Source of the DNA: a virus
Lineage: Duplodnaviria; Caudoviricetes
Reading direction: 5' to 3' (one strand)
DNA: 34,245 nucleotides
Virus record (IMG/VR): IMGVR_UViG_3300033067_000171
Location: 1 to 34,245 of that record
The position numbers were made by a program, and so were the translations under genes. Positions 34,086 to 34,245 of this stretch are shown here, in pieces; the first letter of the stretch is position 1, and each line of letters begins with the position of its first letter. The notes beneath the pieces were generated by a model. It was given only the letters and a program-made list of their open reading frames with translations, was not told the origin of the DNA and searched no databases.

Positions 34086-34245
34086 TCTGCTGGCCGTCGA
34101 GCGCGAGCTGTGCAGGCGCAGCCTGGCTGAGTTTGCCAAGCGTGCATGGCGCGTGCTTGAACCGGCTGCCGAGCTGAAGTGGGGCTGGGCGCTGGACGCC
34201 ATCTGCCTGCACCTGGAGGCCGTGACCAAGGGCGAGATCAACCGC
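34066..34245 (+). CDS. terL: Terminase large subunit, N-terminal 60 codons (wraps to position 1)
   Basis: MQLTEADLLAVERELCRRSLAEFAKRAWRVLEPAAELKWGWALDAICLHLEAVTKGEINR; open to the window end and in frame with 1..1287. Confidence 0.9.
   Translation, partial: MQLTEADLLAVERELCRRSLAEFAKRAWRVLEPAAELKWGWALDAICLHLEAVTKGEINR

Noticed and set aside
1-34245. tRNA genes, CRISPR arrays, integrase/att site, alternative genetic code
   Set aside because: None recognised; genes are intact and tightly packed under the standard code

Overview
The window appears to be a complete, circularly permuted genome (34,245 bp, GC-rich) of a P22-like short-tailed dsDNA phage. The terminase large subunit starts at 34066 and reads in frame across the window end into position 1 (...KGEINR|LLMNVPPGSMKS). 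A rightward late operon encodes TerL, a P22-type portal, scaffold, coat, head-completion proteins (gp4- and gp10-like), three ejection-type proteins, a three-gene tailspike/receptor-binding module and lysis genes, with an antisense HNH gene inserted among the lysis genes. A leftward early operon carries ERF, YqaJ exonuclease, SSB, an Arc-like regulator, a MazG-like NTP-PPase and many small ORFs. A rightward middle operon carries a Cro-like gene, DUF1376-type initiator, NinB, Ref-like HNH, RusA, a ParB-MTase fusion and TerS. No integrase, CI repressor, tRNA or CRISPR was recognised. Most notable: (1) a DDxxD isoprenoid-synthase/prenyltransferase-like gene with its own promoter, coupled to the first ejection protein and preceded by a HiPIP-like Cys protein; (2) a G11 homopolymer inside the DNA methyltransferase gene, suggesting phase variation; (3) a promoter-driven C4-like antisense RNA ahead of the replication gene; (4) a predicted H-type pseudoknot ahead of the scaffold gene; (5) a structured anti-SD-like RNA after the holin. 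Family assignments come from motif recognition and synteny only; no database search was run.
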